The notes under the pieces are model-generated. The model worked only from the letters and a program-made list of their open reading frames with translations, made no database searches and was not told the origin of the DNA. 64,000 nt of DNA from Emiliania huxleyi CCMP1516 (taxonomy: Eukaryota): contig NW_005202427.1 in assembly GCF_000372725.1 (NCBI RefSeq), forward strand, positions 372,001-436,000, given 5' to 3'. Below are positions 23,836 to 37,052 of this stretch, in pieces. The stretch's first letter is position 1. Each line of letters begins with the position of its first letter. Both the position numbers and the translations under genes were made by a program.

Positions 23836-25737
23836 TCACCGCGTATGCCTACCGCACGAACGGCAACCGTCAGGGTGTGAACACGCTATGTCATCGCGTG
23901 ATTCAGGGGCTACGAGTACAATACAGCTGAGAAATATAGCTGAATGCGTGGTGTCTATGCAGCTTCTAAGCGCGTATGCCTCGTCATCGAGTTGAGAGGC
24001 TTTCAGCTTCTTGACGTTTCCAGGGCATTCTTTATGGACACTGTCCAGGGCATCCTTCAGGTGCTTCTTCCTGATGTGACACTTGTCTTTTTTTTTAGGG
24101 CTACCGGCGCAATGGTACTCGACGGTCAAATAGGAGATGGAGCACATTGCGCCGGTGGCCAATAGGCTGGGCAGGACGGAGAACTCGGAGCCCTCAATGT
24201 CCATCTTCATCACCACAGCTGGGGGCGGGTCGTCCTCACGGATCGCGTCGGGCACGCGTCGGCGATGCACATGCGCGTTGATCCACCGAGCCAAATCCAT
24301 GGCACGGACGACCTCCTTGAACCCTGCGCCAAGATGTCGCATCGAGTAGCTCCACTCGTTGTGGCTCTTGTCGTACGTATCGTTCACGTGCCAGAATTCA
24401 ATGGTGCCATCCTTGTCTGCCACCGCCACGGGAGCAAACCAGTGCGCGAGCCATCCTTGCTGCTTGTACGCCTGCTGGAGACGGTTTAGCCACGGCACGT
24501 GCGCCGAGTTTGCCTCCCATCCGAACGCGCACACATCCGGCCTCCCTCGATTAACCGGGAAGGTCTCGTTGAATATTTTGGCGTATGAGCTTCCCGGAAA
24601 TTTCTCCGCTTCGTAGAGGAACCGCACGTGGTTGCCGATGTTTGAGCCCACGTCAAGGAAGACGTAGCGGCAGCCGTCGGCGTACTGGTTATGCACTGTC
24701 CGAGCGTCTTTATGGTACGGCTCGCCTTCGGGCTGCTCCTTCGGAAGTTCATTCGCGCTCGCGGCCAAGTGAAGCAACGGCGTGGGTGGAGGCGGCGCTG
24801 CAGCCGCTCGCGGCCACGGCCAGTCGTACCGCTGCGAGGAGAGAAGCGCGGCGGTGGCAGAGTACGAGGAGTGCGCAAACGCGGCTCCGAGGCAGAACAG
24901 CGCGAGGATGCTAAAGAGGCGGAGCAAGCTGTAGGACTTTGACCACGGGAACCGGCCGGAGGCAGAGACGGAGCCCTCCAGCGTGGTAATCGTGGTCGTC
25001 TCGACGTCGACCGTCGCACCCTGAACAGGAGGGCGCGAGACTGGTCGTGCGAGAGCGGCGAGCGGGCGAGGAGGCCGCATACGCAGGCGGCGAGCACCGA
25101 GTCTGTTGTCGACGGCGTGGAGCCGCCGGTCGCCTTGCCTTTGCCACCGAGGATGCCCTCGTTGCCGTCCGTTCCGAGCAGGCATCCGAACCCGTTGCTG
25201 CCGCCGAACTGGGGAGATGTTCTTGACGCGGCAGATCGGGGCGGACGTGCGCCCTTGCGCCCGTTCTTGCGGCGCGGGTCCGACGGGGTGGTCCAGTCGG
25301 CGATGCCCTACGCGCGCGCAAGCGGTGGGTGCGTCTATTGTTGAGCTCCGCGTGTGCACCGCAGCGTGCGAGGCGCCCACCGCCGGAGCGGGCTCCTCCG
25401 CTGGAAACTCCTTGGCCGCCGAGACGGCCCAGTCGGCGTCGCCCTACGCAATGAAAGCGGGGGGCGGGTGGAGGAGCGGTCGGCAGACGCGCGCCGCAGA
25501 ATGCGAGGCGCTCGCCGCCGGGGCGGGCATCTCCGCTGGAAACTCCTTGATCGACGGCAGCGGCGCCGGATCGTCTTCGGTGACCGGAATGGAGAGGAAG
25601 GGGGGCTCAAGAGGGCCGCACCTACTCGCAGCGTGAGCAGCGTGAGAGCCCAGCCCGTGAGAAGCCGCGGCGGCGCCCCTCGCCCCACCTGGTTTTGGAC
25701 CTGCGAGCAGGCAGCGACGGCGGACGAGCGTCAGCAT
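23836..25737 (-). CDS. FkbM-family SAM-dependent methyltransferase, type II membrane topology; multi-exon 5' part
   Basis: YVFLDVGSNIG, AFGWEAN, VVMKMDIEGSEF, TM LFSILALFCLGAAF. The 5' exons are inferred from splice signals; the start is uncertain. Confidence 0.75.
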
Positions 25738-26951
25738 CGTAAAATGGGATGAGCATGGCGCGGGCCCGCTTCGGGCGTCACGGGAGCGCAGTAGGCATGG
25801 AGGCTACTCGCAGCTGCGCGAGCGTGCCCGGATCGAGGCAGAGCGACCGGCCTTACGCCCATCCACGCGCCGCGACGGGGTGCGGCCTGAGATAGCCGTG
25901 CGCGTCGTACGACAGCGAGTAGCCGTTCACATAGGACACACAGTGCGTGTGTGTGTGTTGTGAAAGCGCCATCGCAACTGCCATGTCGGCTGGTTGTCGG
26001 CTGCTGCTCTCGCCCCGCTGGCGGCGCGGACCAGTGCCGCGGCTCCCAGCCTCTCCGCGGGCCAGCTTGGAGGCTACGAATACTTAATGGACAGTTTAGG
26101 GGAGGATTTTCAAACGACAACAATAATACTAGTAATATAATAATAATGGTATAGGGACAGTTTAGGGGAGCAGCGGTGACGACAACCCAAGCAAGGCACG
26201 CAAGCGGAGCTATATTTGTGGAGTGGATCACCTAAACATAAATATAATAATCATGAGATAGGGACAGCTTAAGGTAGTGTGCTTGTACGTTGTAGCCGCA
26301 CCTGTGCGCCCTTCGTGCTTGTATGACTAGTCACCTATAACTATCCATATACTACTACCTACTACAGTGCTAGCACTGTAGGGGCCAAAAATGGCCTCCG
26401 TTGGGCAAACGGATGAAGGCGTTATGTAGATTCCTCGGAATCTTTCGGAAAAAATCGAAGTGCTTCTTAAGAATAGGACAGGCATGACAGGCTGCGAGAG
26501 ACGTGCTCACCATGTGTTGGTAGGCGGCGTGTGTGTGTGCAGTCCGTGCGGAGCTTTCGATGTCTTCGGCGGAGCATGGGACGGCCGCAAGAGGCGTACC
26601 TGGATGAAGTCTGGCGGGCATGATGCCCCACGAGCTAAACCAGCGGTTCCCGGATGGCTGTCTAGATTGAAATCCATGACGTGTGCCATCAGACTCACCA
26701 GGCGCATGCGTTGGCTGTCGAGCGCCAACGGCCTTGCGGAGGTGGCTCCGCTCGGCGGCGGCCCCCCCTTCCCCCCCCTTCTTCCCCTTGGCGGCTGATA
26801 AGTTCTTGTGAGACAATGTGAGCTGTTTCCACAGCAGGCTGAAAGCAAAAGAGTACTGGCAACAGCAGCCGACCCGAAGAGTCCATTCACAGCAACAACT
26901 GTGAACGGTGACTCGTTCCTCGTCCGCCGGGGGGTCGCCCCTCGCGGAGCG

Positions 26952-28789
26952 ATGACCTCGGTTGTCGCTCCCTCTCCTCTCCCCGCGCCCTGCGCGATGC
27001 GTCCGACAAGTTTAGCACTGATAGATCAGCTGGGCGGCCGGGACATCCCCAAACTCCCTCGCCCACAGGTGAGCGGCGCCAAGAACACCCTCGCAAAGGA
27101 CGTCCCCGCAAAGTCTGGCGCGGAGGCCTCCTTTGACGCCGAGACCTGCGTCATCAAGAACGACCCGGCGCTCAAGCCGGTCACCAAGGTCGCCACGGCC
27201 CTCAAGCCGGCGGCGCCTGGCGGCGCGCCGCTGTCGACGATCAACGACTTTCCGGAGGAGACGCCCGCCCCGGCAGCGAGCGCCTTGCATTCTGCGCCGT
27301 GCGTCTACGGACCCACTCTCTGACCCCGTCCCTCCTTATCATTGCGTAGGGCGACGCCGACTGGACCGTCTTGAACTCGCGCAACAAGACGGAGCGCAAG
27401 GGCGAGGTCAAGTCCACGAAGGTCTTCAACAAGTACGATCTGCTCGACGACGCCGAGACGAACGCGGAGATCGAAGCGTACGACGAGGAGGAGGACGAGA
27501 AGGCCAAGGAGAAGGAGGCGTCCACCGGCTGCGTAAGCGAGCCGTCCGACTCGGCTCCCTCGGGCGACACAAACTACTTCTCTTGGCCCTGCTTCGCCTG
27601 CCCGTCTGGCTTCTTCGTGCTCGTCTCGGCAATCTCGGCTCTCTTCTTCGAGGCGTTCCGCCGGTTCGCATCGATGGGCAAGCCCGCCATCAAGAAGTCA
27701 TCGCAGGGCGCCAGCTCTGCAGGACCTTGCCGGACCACGATCTTTGGTCTGGCGGTAATCGGAATGTGCGGCATTGGCGGCTTTGCGTCCATGCTGCCAA
27801 ACACGATCGCGCTACCGCTCCCGGCAGCGGCGCTGCCAACCGTGACGATAGCCGACGACGTGATGCACAGCCAAGACGCCTTTCCGGCGAGCTTTCGGAC
27901 TGCGTACTACGCTGCCAGTGCGCACACCGGGTGCATGCTGGAGACATGGAAGAACGCCACACCAGGCGTCGACAAGATCATGGTCTTTACCCACGGCAAG
28001 CCTTGTCCTACCTCGGCCCTGTGCCCTCTGTGGGATGACATGACGGCGACATGCTCCGCAAGCGAGATCCCCCTCGGAACGAAGTACCTGGTGCAGCTCG
28101 GCGACCAGGAAGAGCAGCTCACACTAGGCTGCTCTGCACCTGTCTTCACAAAAAATCGCCTCATCTCCAGGAAGCGTGGCATCGTTCTACCCTTGGAGTG
28201 GGAGCGGCACCTCGGCGAAGTAGTTAACGAAGCAGTGCGGCTCTCCGCCGCAATGCCGCCATGGCGCGAGAAGAAGGCGGCGCTCGTGTGGCGCGGCTCC
28301 ACCACCGGCAGGCGGAGGCGCTATGTGCACGCGCTCTCCGAGGCGTTCTTTAACGTTCGCTTCACCCAGGTGGTCCAGGGCAAAGACTCGTGGATCTCGA
28401 AGCCCGAACACAAAGGCGAGCGCATGACGCAGCGAGAGACGCTCCAGTATCGTTACGTCCTATCCCTGGAGGGCAACTCGTATGCGACCAACCTGGCGTG
28501 GCAGCTGGCGAGCTCGAGCCTGGTGGTCATGCCCGTTCCACGATGGGAAACATGGCTCATGGAAGGGCTACTCATTCCCTTTGTGCACTACGTGCCGCTG
28601 GAGGACCCAAGTAAGTGGGACACGTTGATGAAGTGGCTGGAGGCGCACCCGCAGCTGTGCCAGACGATCATCAAGAACGCGAATCGATGGGTGAAACGGG
28701 TGCGCGGCGGCAACATCACTCACGGGCTGACGGACAGCCGCGGCATTCAGCCTCACGCACGCTGGCTGCTGCAGCAGTACCACCTGTGA
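26952..28789 (+). CDS. Glycosyltransferase family 90 (CAP10/KDELC-like)
   Basis: PWREKKAALVWRGSTTG, YRYVLSLEGNSYATNLAWQLASSS, WLMEGLLIPFVHYVPL. Inferred introns 26961-27068 and about 27276-27349. Confidence 0.85.
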
Positions 28790-29141
28790 AGATTTCGCTA
28801 CGCTCATAACTAAAGGCGCGTTGCTCGGTTCTTGCCCCCTCCGGGGTCCCCTCTGCATTTTAGTTACATTTTATAGTAACGAAAAACGAATTTTAATTTA
28901 CGAAGCAGCCTCCCTCTCACTTTTGCTACGGGGTGTGGAGGGTGAGTTGACCAGGGGGTTCGGCGTTCGGGCGCAGGCGGGCAGCGCGTGGAGTCCACGT
29001 GGAGGTGTGATTTATGGCGGGCCGCGATACACACCAGCCGAAGATTCGGTCAGACCGGATACATTACTAATGACGGAGGCCGAGGCGATCGGTGGCGATC
29101 CCTCCCCCCCCCCACTCTCGCACTCACGGCGAAGAAGCCGG

Positions 29142-29621
29142 TCACCGCGAGGAAAAGTAGAGCTGCAGCGCAAAGGCGGCCGCAAAGACGGCCAGCGCGG
29201 CGCCGACGTCCGCCGCCGACGTCTTGGCGGGCGCCGCGGTGGCCTGCTTCAGCAGCCACGCGTCAACCTCGCCCGCCGCCTCCTCCCACTCCAGCTCGCG
29301 CCCCAGCTTCTCCTTCTCCGCTGCAATGTACTTGCGGATGAGGTCGTCGCGGCCGGCGATGGGCGCGCCGTCGAGCGTCGTCTGCGGCACCTCCGCCTCC
29401 ATCTGCCTCCGCGCCCACGCGAGCTGGTTGGCTCTCGCGTCGGGCGAGTCGCGGTTCGTGGTGAACAGGCTCTTGAGCGCCGACTCGGCGGGCTCGTCGC
29501 CGGCGTCGCAGCAGCGGGCCGATCTGGCACGCGGGCCGACGACTGCAGTCCGACGGATAGGCCCCTGCGGCCCGACAAAGCCGATGGATAGGAGGGTCGC
29601 GCAGGCGAGCGCCATTGGCAT
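29142..29621 (-). CDS. Hypothetical protein, probable bipartite plastid presequence and C-terminal TM helix
   Basis: MALACATLLSIGF followed by an Arg-rich transit-like segment; hydrophobic C-terminus; coding-like composition. Confidence 0.6.
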   Translation of the reverse strand: MPMALACATLLSIGFVGPQGPIRRTAVVGPRARSARCCDAGDEPAESALKSLFTTNRDSPDARANQLAWARRQMEAEVPQTTLDGAPIAGRDDLIRKYIAAEKEKLGRELEWEEAAGEVDAWLLKQATAAPAKTSAADVGAALAVFAAAFALQLYFSSR

Positions 29622-29858
29622 CGAGCCGACTCTACGCGGATTGAGAGCGCCTCGTCCGTAGGCCTCGCACTCCTCGCACTCGGTAAGCGAACGATGGATG
29701 ACAAAGAAATTTTACAGCAAGGGCGGTGCCAGAGGTTGATGACTGCACTCCAAGTGCTCCAAGTGCTCCACGACACGATTCACGCGACAGGCGAGGCGCG
29801 GGCGACGGCTTCCTCAGAAGCCGTCGCCCGCACCACAGGAGCAGACAAGATGTATGTA

Positions 29859-30339
29859 CAGTGGGTTGCGGGCATTAAGAAAACGTCGCATTAAGAAACC
29901 CTACCAAGCGATTTCCGCAAAAATCTAAGAAACCACGGGGCGCCGCAGGCGCGGCCCCGAGAAAAGGCCAGACACGAGTGTGAACGGGTCCGGAGCCCCA
30001 GCTGCAGCTCAAAATTTCTCTTCGCCTGGGCCTGCGGCAGCGCACTTGTCACTTTTCAAGTCTGCGGTGTTCTGAGTGGAGTGGTCAGTGGATGGAGGCG
30101 TGTGTGCGTCTTCCCCTCATCCAGAGAGCCGACTCGGCGGCAGACTCTTGGCATCGCCCTCGCGGACCGAGCTTTAACACTCTTCTTACCTAAAAATCCT
30201 TCGGGCCGGCGCTCTGGCTTGATTGAGTGCCCCGCCCGGAGCTAAGAAACCACGGCGTGGGGTGGATGAGGGCTGTGGAAAGGCTTAGAAACGGCGGCGT
30301 GCCGCGGAATCCTGTTTTCTTAATGCCCGCAACCCACTG
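29859..30339. mobile_element. Tc1/mariner-type MITE
   Basis: 26-bp perfect TIR CAGTGGGTTGCGGGCATTAAGAAAAC with TA on both flanks (29857-29858, 30340-30341). Confidence 0.9.
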
Positions 30340-30365
30340 TACTTTATATGACAGGAGAATGTATG

Positions 30366-31111
30366 AAAGGCGAAAGAAGCCGCGAGAACAAGGGAACGGC
30401 AGGCGGCGGCGGCGGCGCAGAACGAGGCAGAGGAGAGCGACGCGACAGAGGAAGAAGCGACAAGGGAGAGCACGACGAGAAGGGGGCGACCGCGAGGTGG
30501 CGCGAAGGTTGCAGCGAGAATCGGAGAGAGAATGCGAAGAGAGATAGGAAGAGGCGATTCCCCTCCCCTGCGCTCATTCCCTGCCCTCTCCCACCACACA
30601 CTCCGTCAGAGCCCCCTCCCCTCTTGCACAACAGGAATTTTGACAATTAACCAGAACGATGGGCTTGCCCATCCCGGAGTGGTTCGATCCCACACAAATC
30701 CGAGACGGTGACGAGAAGCGTTCTGGTGATCTCAGGCCCAGTGAGGTAGTGCACTGGTCTAACTCGGATCCTGCTGAACAAGCTCCTCTTGTAGCTCGAT
30801 CGGTCACACCGCCATCGCCGTCGGGGAGAGGGGGGACGACACTGCTTCGGCAGCGTGCACCTCGATCCTGTACCGTGTTTGTTATGACCCCCCCCGATGA
30901 ACACACCAGTGAGGGAGGGCGAGACGATCGAGGGGTCCCGTACCATGCGGAATCGACCCTATCCAGTGCTCAAGTGCTCAAGAGGCGGACGCCCAACCAA
31001 GGGTGGGCGACGGCTAGCGCACCACACCCCTCTCCTTAAAATCCCTGTGTGGTGGCGGCGTGCCGTCCTCCCATCCCTCCCTTGGGTTGTCTGTTTTCTT
31101 TCTTTCTTTTT
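30366..31111 (+). mobile_element. (TTTC)n-LINE 3' fragment with about 430 bp of extra internal sequence
   Basis: 30366-30570 matches about 61903-62100, and 31000-31111 matches the 3' UTR and tail. Confidence 0.7.
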
Positions 31112-32068
31112 GTATGTATGTACCAGACAGTGACAGGAGAAAAGACGAGCACTTGTTGTGTGTTGCGTGTTGTGCGGCGGGCGGTGGGCGCAATGTGTGG
31201 GTGGGCGGGTGGGGGGGGGGGGTGCAAGGGGGGGGGGGGGGGGGCGCCGTCGCGCAGTCTGAAGCGTCTGAAGGAGGGGGAATGTGTGATGTACAACCTA
31301 TGGAGGGAGGAGCGGCGGAGCGGGCGGAGCGGGTGACGATCGATCGGCGACGTCCTCGTCGTGTGCGGAATTCCGTGTGCGGCGGTGCTTTACGGACTAG
31401 GCCCTCAATAACGATTTTTTTTACAATCAAACTCCCTCGCACGACACTAGGCACGGGACTGGCGCGCACTGGCACTAACACAGGTACACCACGGGAGCCG
31501 CCTAAGCGACAAAGATTTCTACCATCCAAGCCCCTCTCACAGCAGAAGACTGGCTCGGACTGGCACTACAAATGGCACAGCAGGCGACGGCCCCTTATGG
31601 GCCGTCGAAGAGGCCGGCGTACTCCTCCGGCCGACCCCCCATGACAAAGAAGAACAGCGTAGGTGCAAAAAACGAAAAATCCGAACGACCTTGCTTCAGA
31701 TGGAGAAAGCCCGTGACCCAACTGCCAACACCAAATAAATATAAATCCCTATCATTGAAAGTAGCAACCGGGTCTAGAGTACCGCGTGCGAGAGGCGCAG
31801 GTCTCGGCACGCCTCTACAAGTCTCTCGTCGAGAGCAAGGACATCGATGGCCACTCCCTCCACGCCCTCATCGACGAGCCGCTCGTGTTCTTTGCGTCGC
31901 ACGGCAAATCGGTGGGCGGACTGTCGCTCGCGAAGCGGTGAGACGCTGTGACCTGTGTGCGGCGTGTTGCGCGGCTGGGTGAAGGTGATCACACACCGCA
32001 CACAAGAATACACAACACCTCGTGTCTCTTTGTCTTTATGCGTCTGAGTTTGTCGGTTCTACTTTTCT

Positions 32069-32332
32069 TTATATGCCCGCTGCGACCTTTGCGAGCGGCA
32101 ACCTCCCTGCGCTCTCCTCTGCCCGCGAAGCGTCCGCTGCTGCGAGCGTAGTCACCACGCTCGTGCCGCGCATCAACCGGTAGGCCGAAAACAGCAGCAG
32201 CGCGCCGACGATGACAAGCCACGTCCGGTTTCGACGTGCGGTCGTGAGGTTGCCCTCGTTCATCGCTCGCCGCACGGCGTTCGACTGGTCCGTGATCAGC
32301 TCGCGACGCTCGGCGTCCGTGAAGGCGTGCAT
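32069..32332 (-). CDS. Possible small single-pass membrane protein
   Basis: 87-aa ATG ORF with TM-like WLVIVGALLLFSAY; no family recognised. Confidence 0.3.
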   Translation of the reverse strand: MHAFTDAERRELITDQSNAVRRAMNEGNLTTARRNRTWLVIVGALLLFSAYRLMRGTSVVTTLAAADASRAEESAGRLPLAKVAAGI

Positions 32333-33203
32333 CGGATGCCTGGTAGCACTGGACGTGTAGCGCTAGACGTGGGAGCGCTTCACGTCCTTACGAGTACCGA
32401 TCTTAGGTATGTGTTGGCAACCAAGACACGAGTACCGATGCGCGGCGAGAACTGGGCGCTTTCTTTTCGGAAAAAAAATCTTTTTCCAGACGCCGTAGCG
32501 CGCTGCCATGGTGGCCGCTGCCTTGGGCAGTGGCCACGGTGGCCGACCCAGGGCTCCTACGCGGCTACAGCCGCGCGCGACCGCTGCCGCTGGCACCGGT
32601 CGCGAGGACTCTGGCTCAGCAGCCGGCGGCGCGGCGGCTGGGGCCGGCGGCGCCGTAGGGCTCGCGCTCGTGGGCGGCTCCACAGCCTGCGCCTGCCGCT
32701 CGTGGCGGACTGCGCGCTCGAGCTGCGAGTGAGGGTGGAGATGGACGGTGACGTCGCCGCTCTGCGTCGCGGTGAAAGAGACCGAGTACGGCGAGTCGCC
32801 GTTGTTGTTCTTCTCCGCGTGGGTCATACAATTGGAGACGGAGCGCTGTTTGGCTAAAGAAAGAAAGAAAACAGAGCAATAAATAAATAAATACAACGGA
32901 CATCCCAAGCTAGGGCTGGGTCGAGGACAGACACGTCCCCACCTTTGCAGGATTTTGCAAAAGCGAGGGGGGAGGGCGCATCGCCGCGCGGAGAGGGCTG
33001 GGCACAGGGCACAGGGGATCTCTCTCGCATAGGATATGACAGCAAAGAAAGAAAAGAAAGAAAACGGACAACCCAAGGGAGGGATGGGAGGACGACAGCA
33101 AGGGAGGGATGGCAGGGCACTTGGGCGCGTAAAATTCTTTCTGCAAATTGCCGAATTCTGAGCAGCGGTGCGAAGAGAACCTGAAAGACAAGGCCGACGC
33201 AGC

Positions 33204-35814
33204 ATGGAGCCGAGACCCCGCGTGGAGAGCTCCGGCGCGCTCAACGACGTGTACGTGAAAAGCCAGGAGCACCTGCTCAGGCCGACGTCCGAGAACCCGC
33301 TGCCGACCTCCGTCCCACCGCCCTCGGCCGGGATGGCAGGCCTGATCGGCGTGCGCCATGTTCTCATCGTGATTGGTCTGCCGGAGCGCGGCAAGTGCTT
33401 CATCGCACAGCGTCTCTCAAAGTACCTCTACTTTTTCCACGGCGCAGAGGTCAAGCTCTTTGACGTCGCAGAGTGCGTCGCGCCGCCGCCCCGCTCCAGT
33501 GCACACCACCGCTGCAAAGGCGCCGCTCACCGCGGCTTCGATGCGCAGGTACATGGGCTGCCAGCCCGTCGACATTGGCCACGCGGCGCAACCGCAGGAC
33601 GAGTGTCGCATCGAGGCGTCGGCCAACACGCTCACGCGCGACCTCAAGCTCTTCCTCAACTCGTCGGGCGAGGCGGCGAGGCGGGCGGGCGGGAACATGA
33701 CGGTGCCGGTGCCGCGGAACTGCCAGACCGCGCAGGCGCGCGCCGCCGAGCGGGCGATGGCGGCGGCGCGCGAGGAGATCCAGAACACCGAGCAGCACCT
33801 CTTGGTGGACGAGGCGGACCGGCGGCGCAAGAATGTCGACTCGGGCAAGGTGGCCATCATCTTCACGTCAGACGGGATGGGTAGCTTCTACGAGAAGTGG
33901 GCGTGCACCTCCAAGGAGCGGCGGCGCTGGGCGGCCGAGACCATCCAGTCAGACAAGCGCCTCGGTGCCAAGGTGATCTTCATCGAGGTGATAGTCAACT
34001 CGGCAAAGCTCATGGAGCAAAACCTGCTGTCCAAGGTGACCAGCAGCCACGCGCCGCCCCGCGCACGCACTGCGCGTCCCGAGAGAGGGCGGCCCCACTC
34101 GGCCTCTCCGCCGCCCCTCCCGCCCCCTCCTCCCCCGCCCACTTTCACGCGGCCGACCTCGACAGCACACCGACTCGCAGCTGCCCTCGCCCGTCTGCAG
34201 ATCCGCCATGAGCGGCGCCTCTCTCGCGGCGCGGAGGCGCGCGACTCGCGCGACTCGCGCCAGTCGCGCGAGGGGGAGGAGAACGCGCGCGGCATCGCCG
34301 TGCCCTCCTCGCCCGCCACCCCCGGCAGGCCGACCCGGGCCAGCTCCTCGCGCAATCATGGGCGCAGAGACGGCGGGTCTGCCGCCCTCCAGATCACCGG
34401 AGGTGACGGTGACCCGAGGCGACCCTCGACTAGGTACGGCTCCGGATACGACTGGTCCGCCGCCGCCGCCGAAGCCCTCGAGGAGAGCGACGACATCCCT
34501 CCGCGGCTCGTGCGTGAGTTCCACGCGCGGGTGAACCGCTTCGCCCGCGTGTATGTCTCGCTCCAGGAGGACGGCTCCGAGGACGACCTCTCGTACATCA
34601 AGCTCATCAACTACGGAGACAAGGCGCGCCGCGCCCAGCCGCAGCCGCAGCCCCCCCCCCCCCCCCCCTTCCTCCCGCCTCCTCCCGCCTCCCGCCGCCT
34701 CCCGCCCCGCCGCCGCCCGCCGCCGCCACCCTCTTCCCCCCTCCGCCGGCCCCCTCGCCGCAGGTGGTCACCAATAACATGCACGGGTACCTGCGGATGC
34801 GGATCGCCCAGTTCCTCACCGTCGTTCACCCGACGCCGCACGTCATCTACCTGACGCGCCACGGCCAGTCCACGTACAATCAGCTCGGCAAGATCGGCGG
34901 CAACTCGCCCCTCTCGCCCGCCGGCGAGGAGTACGCGCGCCGGCTCGGCGCGTGGGTGATGCCGTACGTGTGCTACCAGCAGGCTGCCGGCCTCGACTCG
35001 CTCACAAAGACGCGCCTGTGGACCTCCTCGCTCCAGCGCACCATCCTCACCGCCCAGCACATCCCACACCCGATCATCAGCGAGGAGGACCTCGGCACTC
35101 CGTCCGTGCCGCCCGAACCCGACGCCGACGATGCCCTCGCCAACGGCGCCGCCCTCGCCGACCCGCGGCAGCTGTGAGTTGCGTCTCTCACACCGTCTGC
35201 TCTCAACAGGCGACTCGCCGACCCGCTGCAGCGCCGGCCGCAGCAGCGGCTTGCGCGGGACCCCGCCGCGCGCGAACGGGCTCCGAGAGCGGCTGCGCTC
35301 GGGCGGCCTCTCCGGCGTCGTCGGCGGCGTCGCGCTCGGAGGGATCGACTTGGACTCGGACCGCGGCGGCGGCGGCGACCGCGACCGCGTGTGGCAGCAG
35401 ATGGCGCCGCGCGTGTACCGCAACCTCGACGAGATCTTCGCGGGCGAGTGCGAGGGGATGACGTACGAGGAGATCCAGCACAGCTTCCCGTCCGAGGCGA
35501 AGATGCGCGCCACCGACAAGATCGGCTTCCGCTACCCGCGCGGCGAGTCGTACCTCGACATCCTCGCGCGGCTCGACCCGCTCGTGCACGAGCTCGAGTC
35601 GTACCACGAGCCGCTGGTCATCGTCTCGCACCAGGCCGTGCTGCGGCTGCTTTACTGCTACCTGACCGGGCGGACGCGGGCGCAGGCGCCCAAGCTGTCG
35701 ATGCCGCTGCACACGGTCATCCGAATCACCTACGACGGCTGGACGCCGCCCACTGAGGAGCGCTTCTACCTCGGGCCGGAGTGCTCACAGACGGACGGGC
35801 AGACGCACCTCTGA
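33204..35814 (+). CDS. 6-phosphofructo-2-kinase/fructose-2,6-bisphosphatase-like bifunctional protein; multi-exon
   Basis: VIGLPERGK, SYIKLIN, IYLTRHGQS, LWTSSLQRT, LDEIFAGECEGMTYEEI, RYPRGESYLD, VSHQAVLR. Confidence 0.88.
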
Positions 35815-36793
35815 GAGTGGAGTGGCGTCGCCGCCCCCGACAGAGGCGCACCGGCGAGTACAGGTTGGTCGTGCGGTAGCGAACGTACGTCTACGTGTAC
35901 TTCTTGAGGGGGAAGTCGAGGTTGATTGAGGCGAGGTCGTTGAGACTTTGGAGAGTGTTGAATGTATCGAGCTGCAGCTGGAGAGGGTGGTTCGGGATGT
36001 GTAGCCGTAGAGCCCATGTCTTATTGCTCCCGAGTGCCTGTGGTGTGTGCAGAGAAGGGGTCGCGTTCTCTGGGCCGGCGCGGGGCCCCCCGGAGGCACC
36101 GTGCGCCGCGCCGCAGTGCGGAAACGGGGCTCCGGCTCTATGAGTCAGTCTCTATGAGCACCGACTTCCCGAATGATCACGGTTGATCAGAGGGCAGATT
36201 TGGAGAGATCTCGAGGAGTACATACAGATAGACCCTCCAACCATCAGAAAACTCCGACCTGATCGGTCGTACTGACCGCCGACAGATCACTCCAGACAGC
36301 AGACAGGCCGACGTCTGCACGCGGCCGGCCGGGCGAGAGGCTTGACACGATCCGACCCTGCGACCCTGACGCTGCTGCTCTAGCTATCAGCCATGCACTG
36401 CTGACTGCTGCCACAATGTGCGACCTGTGCTGGCCCACTTGGCGGCCTTCCCGGTCAGTGGTGAGGCGCAGTTCAGAGCTGTCGATGGCGCGATGCCGCA
36501 CTGGTCCCACATTGGTGACACGAGACCACCAAGTTTGCCGGTCCAAGAGAGAGGCGCCGGCGCTGTCCTGAGAAGGTGCGTGGTCCCTCTTGACTGCCCA
36601 TGCGCGCGAGGCTGTGTAGGCATAGCCTCGAGAGTGCCAGCAGCCAATCCGAGGTGACGCGCATTGCGCCAAGGTGGTTGAGAGAGATTTTTAGAAGCCA
36701 ACAAGAAATGTGTCACTCAGAGTGATTTGCGCTCGGTGGTTGTGCGTCCAATGTGGAAGTGGGGCCATTAAGAACATGCTATCTATTTTAGAG

Positions 36794-36856
36794 CTTAGCG
36801 TGACACGCTTATCCAAACTTAGCGTGACACGCTTATCCAAACTTAGCGTGACACGC
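36794..36856. repeat. 24-bp tandem repeat (about 2.6 copies)
   Basis: CTTAGCGTGACACGCTTATCCAAA; each unit contains the hairpin GCGTG-A-CACGC. Confidence 0.85.
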
Positions 36857-37052
36857 CCGAGAGCGCAATCTCCCCAGGGTTCATAGTGATCCCCTACCAC
36901 CCGTGAAAGGCGAACCCAAACTGGACGACCCCTAGGTGCATCCCCGGCTCGGGGTGCGCTCGTCTGTTGCGGCGGCTGCCCCCCCTCGCCGCCAAGTGGG
37001 TTATTTGTTCTCGCGCCGCGTCTGCGCTTAGCGCACACGTTTGTACAGACCT

